Shown here: positions 7,859 through 19,048 of the stretch, piece by piece
How positions within the stretch are numbered: the first letter of the stretch is position 1
Layout of the letters: each line of letters starts with the position of its first letter
DNA from: an uncultured Gammaproteobacteria bacterium
GTDB taxonomy: Bacteria; Pseudomonadota; Gammaproteobacteria; Steroidobacterales; Rariloculaceae
Length of the DNA stretch: 47,692 nt
Direction: 5' to 3'
Assembly (NCBI GenBank): GCA_913041665.1
Contig: CAJWKT010000003.1
Location: 1 to 47,692, forward strand
The notes under the pieces: generated by a model
Told to the model about the DNA's origin: nothing
Databases searched by the model: none
The model's input: only the letters and a program-made list of their open reading frames with translations
Translations under genes and position numbers: made by a program

Positions 7859-8911
7859 TCAGGCTTGCTGGAGATCGGGGCTTTCCTCCTTAGTCTCCCC
7901 CAGTACCGCTCTCGGAGGTGTGTCGGGTAACAGCTTTTCGCGGAGCTTGCTCTCGATCTCGTCAGCTACTTCCGGATGCTCAATCAGATATTCCCGTGCG
8001 TTCTCCTTGCCCTGTCCGATTCGGTCCGTCCCGTAGCTATACCAAGAGCCTGATTTTTCAACAATATCTTCCTCGACACCGAGATCGATGATTTCCCCTT
8101 CCCGAGAAATGCCATAACCATACATAATTTCAAATTCTGCCTTCTTGAAAGGCGGCGCTACTTTGTTTTTTACAACTTTGACCCGGGTTTCGTTGCCCAC
8201 AATCTCGTCGCCCTTTTTGATGGCCCCAATGCGTCGAATATCCAGCCGCACGGTAGAATAAAATTTAAGCGCATTACCACCGGTGGTGGTCTCCGGATTT
8301 CCAAACATCACACCAATCTTTATCCGGATCTGGTTAATAAAAATCACAAGGCAATTTGAACGATTAATATTGGATGTTAGTTTGCGCAGAGCCTGAGACA
8401 TCAGCCTCGCTTGCAAGCCCACGTGTGTGTCCCCCATCTCACCTTCGATCTCAGCCCTAGGTGTTAATGCTGCCACTGAATCAATCACGACAAGGTCCAC
8501 AGCACCGGAACGCACCAGCATGTCTGTAATTTCCAGTGCCTGCTCGCCTGTATCGGGTTGGGAAATCAACAACTCATCTAGATTGACCTTTAGTTTCTCA
8601 GCGTACACGGGGTCGAGCGCGTGCTCGGCGTCCACGAAAGCCGCGGTGCCACCAGCTTTTTGCACCTGAGCGACCACTTGCAGGGTTAGGGTAGTCTTGC
8701 CTGAGGCTTCTGGTCCGTAGACTTCCACCACGCGGCCCTTGGGTAAGCCACCAATACCAAGCGCGATGTCTAGGCCTAGGGAGCCAGTAGAGTATGTATC
8801 CATTTCCAGTACCCCGACGGTATCACCAAGACGCATCACGGAACCCTTACCAAATTGCTTCTCGATTTGGCCTAAGGCCGCATTCAACGCTTTCTTTCGG
8901 TTGTCTTCCAT
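7859..8911 (-). CDS. recA: Recombinase RecA
   Basis: GPEASGKTT Walker [19 protein letters not shown]. Confidence 0.99.
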   Translation of the reverse strand: MEDNRKKALNAALGQIEKQFGKGSVMRLGDTVGVLEMDTYSTGSLGLDIALGIGGLPKGRVVEVYGPEASGKTTLTLQVVAQVQKAGGTAAFVDAEHALDPVYAEKLKVNLDELLISQPDTGEQALEITDMLVRSGAVDLVVIDSVAALTPRAEIEGEMGDTHVGLQARLMSQALRKLTSNINRSNCLVIFINQIRIKIGVMFGNPETTTGGNALKFYSTVRLDIRRIGAIKKGDEIVGNETRVKVVKNKVAPPFKKAEFEIMYGYGISREGEIIDLGVEEDIVEKSGSWYSYGTDRIGQGKENAREYLIEHPEVADEIESKLREKLLPDTPPRAVLGETKEESPDLQQA

Positions 8912-9014
8912 TGATTTTCCAGGTGCGTGTTCAAAGAGGTAGCTGAACCAGCATTATTCCACAGAAAGACGCTTGTGACAGCCGCACTTTGTAGTCTCAG
9001 AAAAACAAAAAACA

Positions 9015-9557
9015 TTACTCGCCTAAGCGCCAAGTTTGCGCTACTTCATAACTCACCCCTTTAGGTGCCAGCACAGACTCCAGCAGCGCTAACTTCGTAA
9101 CAGGCCACACCACGGGTTTCACGACTTCTCTCACAATCTGACTCCTTCTAGCCAACGTGAGATGAGGGCGGTAGGGTCGATGTTCGCGCTTGCAGCCTGC
9201 CTGTTCCAGCCCATCCCATAACGACTGCCGTAACAACACCAGCTCCACTGGGATTTCACGTGGCACCAGCCAAAGCATGCGGGAGGATCTATGAAAGTGA
9301 AGTGTATCCAGGGTAATTACAAATTTTGAGGCGGTAACAGGTGGTACGGCTCGCACCTTTCTTAGCTGAGCTTTATTGATCGACCCCAGAAAGGCCACGG
9401 TGATATGTAAGTTCTCCGCGGCCACGGCGCGACCCCCGGAGACTTGAACGGTCTCTTTCGTCGAACAGACAAGATTTTCGCGAACAGACTGATCCGGCCA
9501 AAGACCGAAAAAAAAACGCCGAAGGGGTCTAGTCCCTTTGGCTACCCGAAGATCCAT
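9015..9557 (-). CDS. thpR: RNA 2',3'-cyclic phosphodiesterase (2H family)
   Basis: Two HxT motifs (LHITVAF, PHLTLAR); start uncertain (9557 or 9569). Confidence 0.92.
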   Translation of the reverse strand: MDLRVAKGTRPLRRFFFGLWPDQSVRENLVCSTKETVQVSGGRAVAAENLHITVAFLGSINKAQLRKVRAVPPVTASKFVITLDTLHFHRSSRMLWLVPREIPVELVLLRQSLWDGLEQAGCKREHRPYRPHLTLARRSQIVREVVKPVVWPVTKLALLESVLAPKGVSYEVAQTWRLGE

Positions 9558-10047
9558 TGACCACCCCAAGTAAGAGCCTTATAGCGTAAGCAACGCTCTC
9601 ACGCCGGATATTTTCGCGGTCACCCTCGAAATGACAACACTCTGCATAGAAACCACCTGGGTCGGTCCAGCCGAACCAGACCGTACCGACCGGCTTCTCC
9701 TTTGAGCCCCCCTCAGGTCCTGCAATACCAGTCACAGCCATAGCAAGCTGTGCTTGGGTCGCATCCCGGGCACCTTCAGCCATGGAGCGAGCTGTTTCAC
9801 GGCTTACAGCACCGTAATGATCGAGCACTTCTTTGGGCACATGTAACATCCTTTCTTTCGCCTCGTCGGCGTAGGTAACAAAACCCCAGCCAAACCACTG
9901 TGAGCACCCAGGGACATCTGTCAGTACCTTGGCAATCCATCCCCCAGTACAAGACTCTGCCGTAGCTACATTCCAGCCCTTGGCCAGCAAGGCTTCGCCC
10001 AGCTTGCAGCCTAAGCGATTCAGATCTTTGTCAGATGATACGGTCAC
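9529..10047 (-). CDS. pncC: Nicotinamide-nucleotide amidohydrolase (CinA C-terminal family)
   Basis: TAESCTGG, GAVS, TGIAGP, KPVGTVWF. Confidence 0.93.
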   Translation of the reverse strand: MTVSSDKDLNRLGCKLGEALLAKGWNVATAESCTGGWIAKVLTDVPGCSQWFGWGFVTYADEAKERMLHVPKEVLDHYGAVSRETARSMAEGARDATQAQLAMAVTGIAGPEGGSKEKPVGTVWFGWTDPGGFYAECCHFEGDRENIRRESVAYAIRLLLGVVNGSSGSQRD

Positions 10048-11132
10048 AGACGACCCTCAGATACAGAGCCATAAATTGTTAGATGACTTTCTGTCATCCT
10101 TGAAATTGAAAATTTTTCCTCAACGTGAGAACGTCCAGCATTGCCAAGTCGATTCCGTAATTCAGGATCGTCAAGCAGACACTTTAGCGCTTCAATCAGG
10201 GCAGGGGGATCATCAGGCTCAATGAGTATTCCTTGGGCCCCGTCTTGAATTACATCGGCAATACCGCCTACGTTCGATGCCACCACGGGCACCCCAGCGC
10301 TCATTCCCTGGAGCACTGCCACGCCCATGCCTTCCCGCCGAGCCGGGTGGACGAGCAAATCTAGCCCCGATAACAAGCAGGGTAAGTCGTCCCTAAATCC
10401 CAACATTTTCACGTATTCGTTTAAATTAAGCTTCCTGATTCGGTGTTGAAGCTTACCCGCCTCACTTCCCTGGCCAAAAAACAGCACCCTCAGCCGCGGA
10501 TAATGGTCTACCAGAGCCGGCAAAATGCCTAATAATACGTCGTGACCTTTGCGTGGAATGAGTTGAGCTACGACCCCGATTAGGTCGACGTCATCGGGCA
10601 ATCCCGTAACCGCAAGTAGCCGCTCCCGGCTCCCGTCTGGGCGGAACCGTTCCGTGTCTACGGCGCTTTCTATCCGTCTGACTCTGGACTGGGATAGCCC
10701 AACGCCTTTTACCAGTAAGGCTTCGATCGCCCTTGAAATCGCGATTACTGCGCGATAAGAACGGTACTTGACCCGCGCCGCAAACGCTGCCTCTAGGTTA
10801 TCCACCCGCCGGGTCAACACAGCCGGTATATTGCATTTGGCTGCGGCATAACCCCCGAACCAATCTGCTCCTCGCCTGGAATGCACGTGAAGAAGGTCAG
10901 GCGAAATGGAATGGAGCAACACTCTTAATCGGTGATATAGAAAAAAATCCAAATCGCCCCTGGACCGGATCTCCACCACATCGTTGGCTGCCGTGGCTTG
11001 AGCAATCGCACTACCCTTGGCGCAGACTAAGATATTCTCCACGCCCTGATTGCTAAGACCCTGGATCAGGCAACGGACTTGCTCGCCCCCTCCGTACAGG
11101 TGCATGCCGGTTTCAAGGTGTATGACGCGCAT
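10044..11132 (-). CDS. Glycosyltransferase family 4 (GT-B)
   Basis: YGGGE, KGH, EGMGVAVLQGMSAGVPVVASNVGG. Confidence 0.92.
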   Translation of the reverse strand: MRVIHLETGMHLYGGGEQVRCLIQGLSNQGVENILVCAKGSAIAQATAANDVVEIRSRGDLDFFLYHRLRVLLHSISPDLLHVHSRRGADWFGGYAAAKCNIPAVLTRRVDNLEAAFAARVKYRSYRAVIAISRAIEALLVKGVGLSQSRVRRIESAVDTERFRPDGSRERLLAVTGLPDDVDLIGVVAQLIPRKGHDVLLGILPALVDHYPRLRVLFFGQGSEAGKLQHRIRKLNLNEYVKMLGFRDDLPCLLSGLDLLVHPARREGMGVAVLQGMSAGVPVVASNVGGIADVIQDGAQGILIEPDDPPALIEALKCLLDDPELRNRLGNAGRSHVEEKFSISRMTESHLTIYGSVSEGRL

Positions 11133-11135
11133 TTG

Positions 11136-11783
11136 TCAGTTAGTCAGACTATCCGAAGATTCGTGAAAAAAAGATCCAAAGCGCAAAAAATGTAACACTT
11201 GATTCGCAGCCGCCCTAGACACCAAAACAGAGAAATGAGATACATGAAGCACTATGTGGTCTTTGATGCCCTGCAGCTCAGTTTCTTTTACAGCTATAGT
11301 GCCATCGTTCGGATACAGGACATCACCAACGAAACGACCCACTCCTAACGAAAGATTACCTGCAATAACACCAACCTGCTGATAAACCGAACGGGGCGCC
11401 ACTCCCTTTTCACGGACAAAATAGGCCGCGCTACTGCCAAGCAAACGGTTACCAAAAAAAGAAAGGGGTGGGGCCTGCGCTGCGATGCTTCCCTTCAAGG
11501 GAGGAACAAGACAGACCACACGCCCTACCCGGACAGGCTGATAGCGCTCCAACAGGTTAAGCATGAGTACCCCACCTAGGCTGTGTCCCACTAGGTGAAC
11601 ACGATCCCCGGGCATGTTTTCAAGAAAAGCGGCAAGACGCTCACAATTTTTGTCTGGGTTCTCCGTCCTAGATTGATAAGAAAATTGGAAGGTCCGAAAG
11701 CCTGCCGCTCTCAGGCGCTTGCGGAGCAGATATAGCTCTGCACCCGTCATCCACAGGCCGTGGGTAATAACTACGGTGTCCAA
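11136..11783 (-). CDS. Alpha/beta fold hydrolase
   Basis: HGLW, GHSLGG nucleophile elbow, NDGT, C-terminal His. Confidence 0.88.
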   Translation of the reverse strand: MDTVVITHGLWMTGAELYLLRKRLRAAGFRTFQFSYQSRTENPDKNCERLAAFLENMPGDRVHLVGHSLGGVLMLNLLERYQPVRVGRVVCLVPPLKGSIAAQAPPLSFFGNRLLGSSAAYFVREKGVAPRSVYQQVGVIAGNLSLGVGRFVGDVLYPNDGTIAVKETELQGIKDHIVLHVSHFSVLVSRAAANQVLHFLRFGSFFHESSDSLTN

Positions 11784-11824
11784 CCCGCCATTACCCGGAT
11801 TACCGCCAACCGGCTCTACTGATT

Positions 11825-12271
11825 TTAACTGGCATCATTATCTCGTAACCTTTCGAACGCCTCCCGATTAGTCCACGAAGATACGCTAAGGATCGCATCT
11901 TCCAGCCCAAACCAACGATATGCGCTATGTTCTTTTGAGTTTAAAGTAATGGGGCACACTTCTGGCACTTCCATATACCAAAGATGCTCCAAATTTTCCT
12001 GCACATCAGCCCCATAGCGAGCACGCCAAGCCGGCAAAATAGGAAACCTTTTTCCGATACCTGAATCTACAAGGGTAGTGGGAGTCAGGCCCGTCTCCTC
12101 CATCACCTCTCGGGCAGCAGCAGCAGCTGGACTCTCTCCCCACAAGAGTGTACCGGTCACTGATTGCCAAAAATCGGATGGATCCACTCTCTCCAGCAAC
12201 AAGCAGTGATAGTCCTGTGTATAAACCACCACTAGAACAGACTCCGGGCGATGAAACTCGGAATCTTCCAT
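11825..12271 (-). CDS. nudB: Dihydroneopterin triphosphate diphosphatase (Nudix)
   Basis: PESVLVV, FWQSVTG, AAREVMEETG, EH, SWTN; directly after aspS. Confidence 0.93.
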   Translation of the reverse strand: MEDSEFHRPESVLVVVYTQDYHCLLLERVDPSDFWQSVTGTLLWGESPAAAAAREVMEETGLTPTTLVDSGIGKRFPILPAWRARYGADVQENLEHLWYMEVPEVCPITLNSKEHSAYRWFGLEDAILSVSSWTNREAFERLRDNDAS

Positions 12272-12289
12272 CAGTCACCTAAATAGCGA

Positions 12290-14056
12290 CTAGCTAGAAG
12301 TAGACCGTAGCCGAATGCCTGCTTCCCTGAGCTGTTTTGTACTTGCTTCGGTAGGCGCTCCGGTAAGCAGGTCGGTAGCCATTTGGGTCTTGGGAAATGC
12401 GATAACCTCTCGGATGTTTTCAGTGTTGGCCATCTGCATCACTAAACGGTCTAGGCCAAACGCGATGCCACCATGAGGGGGGGCGCCATAGTCCATGGCG
12501 GTCAGCAAAAATCCAAACTTGGTTTCAGCCTCCTCAGAATCGATACCTAATATCTCAAAGATTGCTGACTGCATTTCCCGGCTATGGATACGAATTGAGC
12601 CACCACCAAGCTCCGTGCCGTTCAGAACCATATCGTATGACCTGGCCATCGCCTCGCCCGGATTGGCAAGCAAAACCTCCGGAGAATCCACTTGGGGCGC
12701 AGTGAATGGGTGGTGCTCGGATGTCCAGCCTCCCTTACCGTCAGCCGCAAATACGGGAAAGTCCACTATCCAAAGAATGCGCCACTCGTCTTCCAGCAAG
12801 CCGCGATCTCTCCCGAGCTTGTCGCGAAGTGCCCCCAAGGCATCGTTAACTACTGAAGCCTTATCAGCACCAAAGAAAATCAAATCACCATTTTCAGCGC
12901 CGAGGCGCTCAAGTACCGATTCAACCGCATCATCAGGCAGAAATTTGAGAATTGGTGACTGTAAACCCGCAGCGCCTGCGCCACGGTCCCCTACTTTTAT
13001 GTAAGCAAGTCCCCTTGCCCCGTAGCCACTAACAAAAGCTGTGTACTCATCAATTTCTTTCCGGGTCAGGACGCCCCCGCCAGGCACTTTGAGGGCCGCA
13101 ACGCGACTTTCCACATCCGAGGCAGGACCAGCAAAGACCTTAAATTCCACCCCCTGGAACAGATCAGCGACCTCGACAAGCTCCAATGGATTGCGCAAAT
13201 CGGGGTGGTCCATACCAAAGCGTTCCATGGCTTCAGCATAGGTCAAACGAAGAAATGGATCGGGCAAATCAACTCCCAACACTTTTTGAAAAATACCCCG
13301 GATCAAGGACTCCATTTGCCCCATAATTGCTTCCTGATCCAGAAACGCCGTCTCAATATCGAGTTGCGTAAACTCCGGTTGACGGTCCGCTCGAAGATCC
13401 TCGTCCCTGAAGCATCTGACAATCTGATAATAGCGATCAAAGCCGGACATCATCAGTAGCTGCTTCATGAGCTGGGGTGATTGGGGTAGTGCATAAAATT
13501 TTCCCAAATGCGTGCGGCTCGGAACTAAATAATCTCTGGCCCCCTCTGGGGTCGTCTTGGACAGAATAGGGGTTTCTATTTCGAGAAAACCCATTTCATT
13601 GAGTAGTCCCCGCAAAGTACTTGTCACTTTATGGCGCAGCCGAAGATTTTTCTGCATTTTCAGCCTGCGTAAATCAAGATAACGGTAACGCAACCTGAGC
13701 TCTTCACTTGCGTGTTCATCATGATGAAAGGGTGGCGTTTTTGACTGGTTGAGAACGGTGAGCTGCTTCGCCAGCAACTCCACCTCACCCGTTAACATCT
13801 CGGGATTTACGGTACCCTCTGGGCGCCCGCGTAATTGCCCCGTTACCGTTAACACAAATTCTCCTCGAATCCGCTCCGCCTCGGCAAAAATCTCAGCATC
13901 TTCAGGATCAAATACGACCTGTAGAAGAGTCTCCCCATCACGCAGATCAACGAAGATGACGCCGCCGTGGTCTCGGCGCCGATGCACCCAGCCCGCTACA
14001 GTAATTTCTTTACCTATTAGGGAGCGATCTACCTGCCCGCAGTGATGGCTGCGCAT
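12290..14056 (-). CDS. aspS: Aspartate--tRNA ligase (probably non-discriminating Asp/Asn type)
   Basis: RRDHGGVIF (His at the ND position), [39 protein letters not shown]. Confidence 0.99.
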   Translation of the reverse strand: MRSHHCGQVDRSLIGKEITVAGWVHRRRDHGGVIFVDLRDGETLLQVVFDPEDAEIFAEAERIRGEFVLTVTGQLRGRPEGTVNPEMLTGEVELLAKQLTVLNQSKTPPFHHDEHASEELRLRYRYLDLRRLKMQKNLRLRHKVTSTLRGLLNEMGFLEIETPILSKTTPEGARDYLVPSRTHLGKFYALPQSPQLMKQLLMMSGFDRYYQIVRCFRDEDLRADRQPEFTQLDIETAFLDQEAIMGQMESLIRGIFQKVLGVDLPDPFLRLTYAEAMERFGMDHPDLRNPLELVEVADLFQGVEFKVFAGPASDVESRVAALKVPGGGVLTRKEIDEYTAFVSGYGARGLAYIKVGDRGAGAAGLQSPILKFLPDDAVESVLERLGAENGDLIFFGADKASVVNDALGALRDKLGRDRGLLEDEWRILWIVDFPVFAADGKGGWTSEHHPFTAPQVDSPEVLLANPGEAMARSYDMVLNGTELGGGSIRIHSREMQSAIFEILGIDSEEAETKFGFLLTAMDYGAPPHGGIAFGLDRLVMQMANTENIREVIAFPKTQMATDLLTGAPTEASTKQLREAGIRLRSTSS

Positions 14057-14072
14057 TGGGTCTAACCTCTTG

Positions 14073-14098
14073 AAAAAAAAGGCCTCGAATGGAGAGGC
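14073..14098 (-). terminator. Weak intrinsic-terminator-like hairpin between DUF502 and aspS
   Basis: Minus strand GCCTC-N7-GAGGC followed by C and T8. Confidence 0.35.
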
Positions 14099-14101
14099 TG
14101 G

Positions 14102-14130
14102 ATGTTACGAGGAACCCTTGGGTGGCGCAA
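14102..14130 (-). promoter_or_regulatory. Candidate sigma70 promoter for aspS
   Basis: TTGCGC-N17-TAACAT on the minus strand, ~45 nt upstream of the aspS ATG. Confidence 0.45.
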
Positions 14131-14773
14131 CATCATTAGAAGGATGAACGGGGTGCCACTCAGGAACTACGACGCCTAGGGAAATGATCATTTTCACTGC
14201 GTCCTTCACATTCATATCCAGTTCCGTAACCTGAGCTCTTGGCACAAATAGCATGAAACCCGAGGTTGGATTAGGGGTGGTTGGCAAAAAAACAGTGACA
14301 ATGGACTCACCCGTCCGGGACCGAACCTCCTCAGGCTCCTCTGAAGTCTGAAAAGCCAAACAATAGAGACCTTCTCGTGGATACTCGATCAGTAATGTTT
14401 TTTTGAAGGAAGAGTTGGAATCACTGAAAACTACTTCGACAAAATGTTTCACGCCCCCATAAACAGTACTGACCAACGGAATTCGGGCCAGAAACGATTC
14501 ATACAGATTAACCAAACGCCGGCCCAACAAGTTTGCAGCTGCAACTCCCGTGACCAGTATCACTAGAACTACAAGCACAGTCGCAATAATTGGTTCTAAT
14601 CCTGGTATGGATAGGTTAATTAATGCCTCTGGACGGTAGGACTGGGGTAAAAAGAAAAGAAACCGTCCCATCAAGCTAAACAATAACCTTAACGCCAAAA
14701 TAAGTGCGCCGATTGGTACCCAAATTAAAAGACCAGCGAGCAAATAACGGCGAAAGCGCGTAGCAACCCTCAA
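14105..14773 (-). CDS. DUF502 family membrane protein
   Basis: YLLAGLLIWVP, LIEYPR, VFLPTTPNPTSGF; TTG start at 14773 chosen from AAGGAGG at 14783-14789. Confidence 0.92.
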   Translation of the reverse strand: MRVATRFRRYLLAGLLIWVPIGALILALRLLFSLMGRFLFFLPQSYRPEALINLSIPGLEPIIATVLVVLVILVTGVAAANLLGRRLVNLYESFLARIPLVSTVYGGVKHFVEVVFSDSNSSFKKTLLIEYPREGLYCLAFQTSEEPEEVRSRTGESIVTVFLPTTPNPTSGFMLFVPRAQVTELDMNVKDAVKMIISLGVVVPEWHPVHPSNDVAPPKGSS

Positions 14774-14777
14774 CTTG

Positions 14778-15122
14778 TCATCCCTCCTTATCACTGGCTG
14801 CTGGTTTAGAATTCGAGGTCTTTCCAGCATCCAGTGATTTTTTATCCGTACTCTTTTCTGTACTCACCTTTTTGTCTTGCTTAGTTTTTTCATCTTTGCT
14901 TGGCTCACTACGCTCGGCCAAATTACGCTTTTTCTCCTTGTCCGATTTGAAATCTGTTTCATACCAACCGCTGCCCTTGAGCCTAAAAGAAGGTGCGGAA
15001 ACCAGTCGTCTGAGGTCGTGGGCATTACACTGTGGGCAATCCCTAAGTGGAGTGTCATTGACCTTCTGCAACGCATCCAAGGTATGCCCGCAACTCTCGC
15101 AACGGTATTCATAGATAGGCAT
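14778..15122 (-). CDS. FmdB family zinc-ribbon protein
   Basis: MPIYEYRCESC...CPQC...FRLKGSGWYETDF with Lys/Ser-rich tail. Confidence 0.93.
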   Translation of the reverse strand: MPIYEYRCESCGHTLDALQKVNDTPLRDCPQCNAHDLRRLVSAPSFRLKGSGWYETDFKSDKEKKRNLAERSEPSKDEKTKQDKKVSTEKSTDKKSLDAGKTSNSKPAASDKEG

Positions 15123-15297
15123 AACACCGTCTCATCAAAAAGAATTTTTTATTTCCCAGCCTTCGCATTCTTACTCCAATTTCAAGGAAGCTAGATTGAG
15201 CCCTATTTAGTCATATTCTATCGCGGCAAACAGCCTTTGATGAACCTTTACCGCTGACATGGTTCCTCAACAAAAGCGTACTCTAATAATTTCATAC

Positions 15298-17895
15298 CTA
15301 AGCGGCGGTTTGTTCAGCTTCCTTCTTTGAGAAGTTGAGATGATCATCGGAGACACTTATTTCGATAGTGTCCCCCGGCTCAAAATCGCCATTCAGAATA
15401 CTCTCAGCTAAAGGATTTTCAAGTTGTTGCTGAATAGCGCGCTTAAGTGGTCTAGCTCCGTACACAGGATCATACCCAGCTTCTGCAAGCCGATCGCCAG
15501 CTTCGTCAGACAACACCAGTTCCAAATCCTGTTCACCCAAACGTTGATGCAAGTATTGAAGCTGAATATCAACTATTTTTCTGATGTGTTCTGATTCCAA
15601 CGGATGAAATACCACCAAATCATCGATCCGATTAATAAATTCCGGCCTAAAGTGCTGTATAACAACCTCTATTACTTCGGCTTTCATCTTTTCATAATTT
15701 TCTTCGCCAGCCAGTTCCTGGATCCTCTGACTGCCAAGATTAGACGTCATAATAACGACGGTATTCTGGAAATCCACAGTACGTCCATGCCCATCCGTTA
15801 AACGACCCTCATCCAGCACCTGAAGCAGAACATTGAAGATATCCGAATGTGCCTTCTCAATCTCATCGAATAACACCACCGAATAAGGTTTACGCCTTAC
15901 CTTTTCTGTGAGATAACCACCTTCTTCGTACCCGACATAGCCGGGTGGCGCGCCGATGAGTCTTGCAACTGAATGCTTTTCCATAAATTCAGACATATCG
16001 ATGCGGATTACCGAGTCTCCACTGTCGAAGAGAAACTCGGCGAGCGCCTTGGTTAACTCGGTCTTACCAACCCCTGTCGGGCCTAAAAAAAGAAATGACC
16101 CATTTGGTCGATTTGCCTGAGCAATACCGGCCCGGGCACGTCGAACAGCGTTGGATACGGCTTGAAGTGCTTCTTTTTGTCCAACAACCCGCGTCTCAAG
16201 AAAAGCCTCCATTTTGAGAAGCTTTTCTTTTTCGCCCACTAACATCTTAGCAACAGGAATCCCAGTCCATTTCGAAACAACCTCTGCCACCTCCTCTTCC
16301 GTGACACGGTTACGCACCAATGTGTATTCCTCTTGCTGGACTTCTAATGCATCAGAAAGCTCTTGCTCGAGCTCTGGGATACGCCCGTACTGAAGCTCCG
16401 ACATACGCGCCAAATCATGGGCCCGATGAGCCGTTTGAAGCTCCATTTTCGCTCGTTCCAGTGTCTCTTTGATCTGTGTCGCGCCCTGCATACGCGCTTT
16501 TTCTGACTTCCACACGTCCTCGAGATCAGCGTATTCGACCTCTAGTTTCTTGATCTGGGCTTCCAAATCTTCAAGTCTACGCTTTGAAGCTTCGTCTGAT
16601 TCCTTCTTCAGCGCTTCCCGCTCGATTTTGAGCTGAATCAAGCGCCGCTCGAGTCGATCAATTTCCTCAGGCTTAGAATCAATTTCCATCCGAATGCGCG
16701 ATGCTGACTCATCTATCAGATCAATGGCCTTGTCTGGCAATTGACGGTCACTGATATAGCGATGAGAAAGTACAGCAGCCGACACAATGCCCGGGTCGGT
16801 GATTTCGACCCCATGATGAACTTCGTATCGCTCCTTAAGACCCCGTAGGATCGCGATAGTATCTTCTACATTCGGCTCATCTACTATGATTTTCTGAAAG
16901 CGCCGTTCGAATGCCGCATCCTTTTCTACATGCTGGCGGTATTCATCAAGTGTCGTAGCCCCTACACAGTGAAGCTCACCACGAGCGAGCGCGGGCTTCA
17001 ACATGTTACCTGCATCCATAGCACCTTCCGCCTTTCCTGCACCAACCATGGTGTGCATCTCATCGACGAAAAGAATGATTTGTCCCTCTTGGCTAATTAG
17101 ATCGTTGAGTACGGCCTTCAAACGTTCCTCAAATTCACCGCGAAATTTAGCACCTGCAATCAACGCGCCTAGGTCCAGCGCAAGAATGCGTTTTGATTTC
17201 AGACCCTCTGGAACCTCTTCATTAATGATGCGTTGGGCAAGACCTTCTATGATGGCAGTTTTGCCTACACCGGGTTCCCCGATTAGCACTGGGTTGTTCT
17301 TCGTGCGACGCTGTAGTACCTGAATAGTTCTTCGAATTTCTTCGTCTCTCCCGATCACCGGATCTAGTTTGCCCTGTTCCGCTCTTGCAGTTAGATCAAT
17401 GGTGTATTTTTCTAAGGCTTGGCGATTGTCTTCCGCATTGGGCTCATCTACGAAGGTGCCTCCTCTCACTTCCTCGATAGCTTTCTCCACTTCTCCCTGA
17501 GTAATGCCCGCTCCCTCTAGAATGCGGCCTAAGTCCCCTTTGTCCTGGAGCGCAGCAAGCATAAAAAGCTCGCTGGAGACGTAAGAGTCACCCCTGTCTT
17601 GGGATAATTTATCAGTGACGTTAAAGAGTTTGGCTAGGTTGCTAGAGAGGTGGACTTCGCCTGCCGAACCCTGAACTGTAGGGAGCCGATCGATAGCGCC
17701 CCCAAGCTGAGACTGGAACTGGCTCACATTAGCACCAATCTTATGGAGAAGGCCGCGTGCAGTACCACCATCCTGTGCGAGGAGGGCGGCCATCAAATGA
17801 ACTGGCTCAATGAACTGGTGATTCCGCCCCACTGCTAACGACTGGGCGTCAGCCAAAGCCAACTGAAACTTGCTCGTGAATTTATCCATGCGCAT
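15298..17895 (-). CDS. clpB: ATP-dependent chaperone ClpB
   Basis: Two AAA+ modules ([16 protein letters not shown]), coiled-coil middle domain, GARPLKR. Confidence 0.99.
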   Translation of the reverse strand: MRMDKFTSKFQLALADAQSLAVGRNHQFIEPVHLMAALLAQDGGTARGLLHKIGANVSQFQSQLGGAIDRLPTVQGSAGEVHLSSNLAKLFNVTDKLSQDRGDSYVSSELFMLAALQDKGDLGRILEGAGITQGEVEKAIEEVRGGTFVDEPNAEDNRQALEKYTIDLTARAEQGKLDPVIGRDEEIRRTIQVLQRRTKNNPVLIGEPGVGKTAIIEGLAQRIINEEVPEGLKSKRILALDLGALIAGAKFRGEFEERLKAVLNDLISQEGQIILFVDEMHTMVGAGKAEGAMDAGNMLKPALARGELHCVGATTLDEYRQHVEKDAAFERRFQKIIVDEPNVEDTIAILRGLKERYEVHHGVEITDPGIVSAAVLSHRYISDRQLPDKAIDLIDESASRIRMEIDSKPEEIDRLERRLIQLKIEREALKKESDEASKRRLEDLEAQIKKLEVEYADLEDVWKSEKARMQGATQIKETLERAKMELQTAHRAHDLARMSELQYGRIPELEQELSDALEVQQEEYTLVRNRVTEEEVAEVVSKWTGIPVAKMLVGEKEKLLKMEAFLETRVVGQKEALQAVSNAVRRARAGIAQANRPNGSFLFLGPTGVGKTELTKALAEFLFDSGDSVIRIDMSEFMEKHSVARLIGAPPGYVGYEEGGYLTEKVRRKPYSVVLFDEIEKAHSDIFNVLLQVLDEGRLTDGHGRTVDFQNTVVIMTSNLGSQRIQELAGEENYEKMKAEVIEVVIQHFRPEFINRIDDLVVFHPLESEHIRKIVDIQLQYLHQRLGEQDLELVLSDEAGDRLAEAGYDPVYGARPLKRAIQQQLENPLAESILNGDFEPGDTIEISVSDDHLNFSKKEAEQTAA

Positions 17896-17926
17896 CAAGA
17901 CGCACCTCTAGTTTCGTATTACCTCT

Positions 17927-17954
17927 AAATGGGGCTGCCAAGCAAACATATCAA
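17927..17954 (-). promoter_or_regulatory. Sigma32 (RpoH) heat-shock promoter of clpB
   Basis: TTGATA-N14-CCCCATTT on the minus strand versus consensus TTGAAA-N13/14-CCCCATnT. Confidence 0.75.
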
Positions 17955-17990
17955 CACCTTCTAGTACTAAGTTAGTGAAAAAGTCAGGCT

Positions 17991-18947
17991 TTAATCACCA
18001 GCATTGGCATCTTTTCTCAGGATTTCCAACAGCATACGAATGTCATCTGGCAGCGGGCTACGATAACTGACTAATTTCCCATCCTCTGGATGATGAAATG
18101 CAAGCCGAGTGGCATGCAATGCCTGACGAGAAAATTCCTGCAGGAGAAGGCGAATTTCATCCCCAGGCTTAGGCGGAAAACGGGGACGTCCACCATAAAC
18201 CGGATCCCCTACTAGTGGCATTCGGATATGGGCCAAGTGGACTCTGATCTGGTGAGTCCGACCCGTATTGAGCGTTAAAGAAAGATGAGTATGGGCCCTG
18301 AATTTCTCCATCACTCGGTAATGTGTTAGCGCAGGACGACCTCCAGTTAAAACGGCCATTTTAAGACGGTCTTTGGGATGTCGGCTGATCGGTGCCTCTA
18401 CTTTGCCGCCCCCAGTAGCAACACCCTGACACACGCCTTCATATTGGCGTTGAATTTCCCTACGCTCTAGCTCGGCTACCAGTCGATTACGAACGCCCAT
18501 GGTCCGGGCTATCAGAAGCAATCCACTAGTATCTTTGTCGAGACGATGGACGATGCCAGCTCTTGGTAAGATAGAAAGACTCTCATCCAAATTTAGTAAT
18601 GCATTTTGGAGCGTACCGGACGGATTGCCTGCTCCTGGATGAACTACTAAACCCGGGGGCTTATCGATTACCAAGATTGATTTGTCTTGGTGCACTACAG
18701 TCAGGGGAATATCTTCACTCTCAACGGGAATCACTGAATCGAGCTGTGCGTCCAAGACCAACTCTTCACCGCCACTCAGACGGGTTTTAGGCTCAACCTT
18801 CATGCCCCCCAGTGTTAAAGTGCCACTCTTTATCCATGTTTTGAGTTGACTCCGAGAAAAATCCGAAAAAATCGTTGCGGCAGCTTTATCCAAGCGACTC
18901 CCCTTAAAATCCGAAGGTACCAACGCACGTTTAAAAATCCGATCCAT
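17991..18947 (-). CDS. rluD: 23S rRNA pseudouridine(1911/1915/1917) synthase
   Basis: S4 domain, GIVHRLDKDTSG, TGRTHQIRVH, QALHA; divergent from bamD. Confidence 0.97.
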   Translation of the reverse strand: MDRIFKRALVPSDFKGSRLDKAAATIFSDFSRSQLKTWIKSGTLTLGGMKVEPKTRLSGGEELVLDAQLDSVIPVESEDIPLTVVHQDKSILVIDKPPGLVVHPGAGNPSGTLQNALLNLDESLSILPRAGIVHRLDKDTSGLLLIARTMGVRNRLVAELERREIQRQYEGVCQGVATGGGKVEAPISRHPKDRLKMAVLTGGRPALTHYRVMEKFRAHTHLSLTLNTGRTHQIRVHLAHIRMPLVGDPVYGGRPRFPPKPGDEIRLLLQEFSRQALHATRLAFHHPEDGKLVSYRSPLPDDIRMLLEILRKDANAGD

Positions 18948-19048
18948 TCTTTAAAGACTCCAGGATGCTACAAATTTTTAGATATAATCCCGCCCAACAG
19001 TTAACCTATACCCACTCTTGAAGAGTAACAAACAAAAAAATTTGATAA

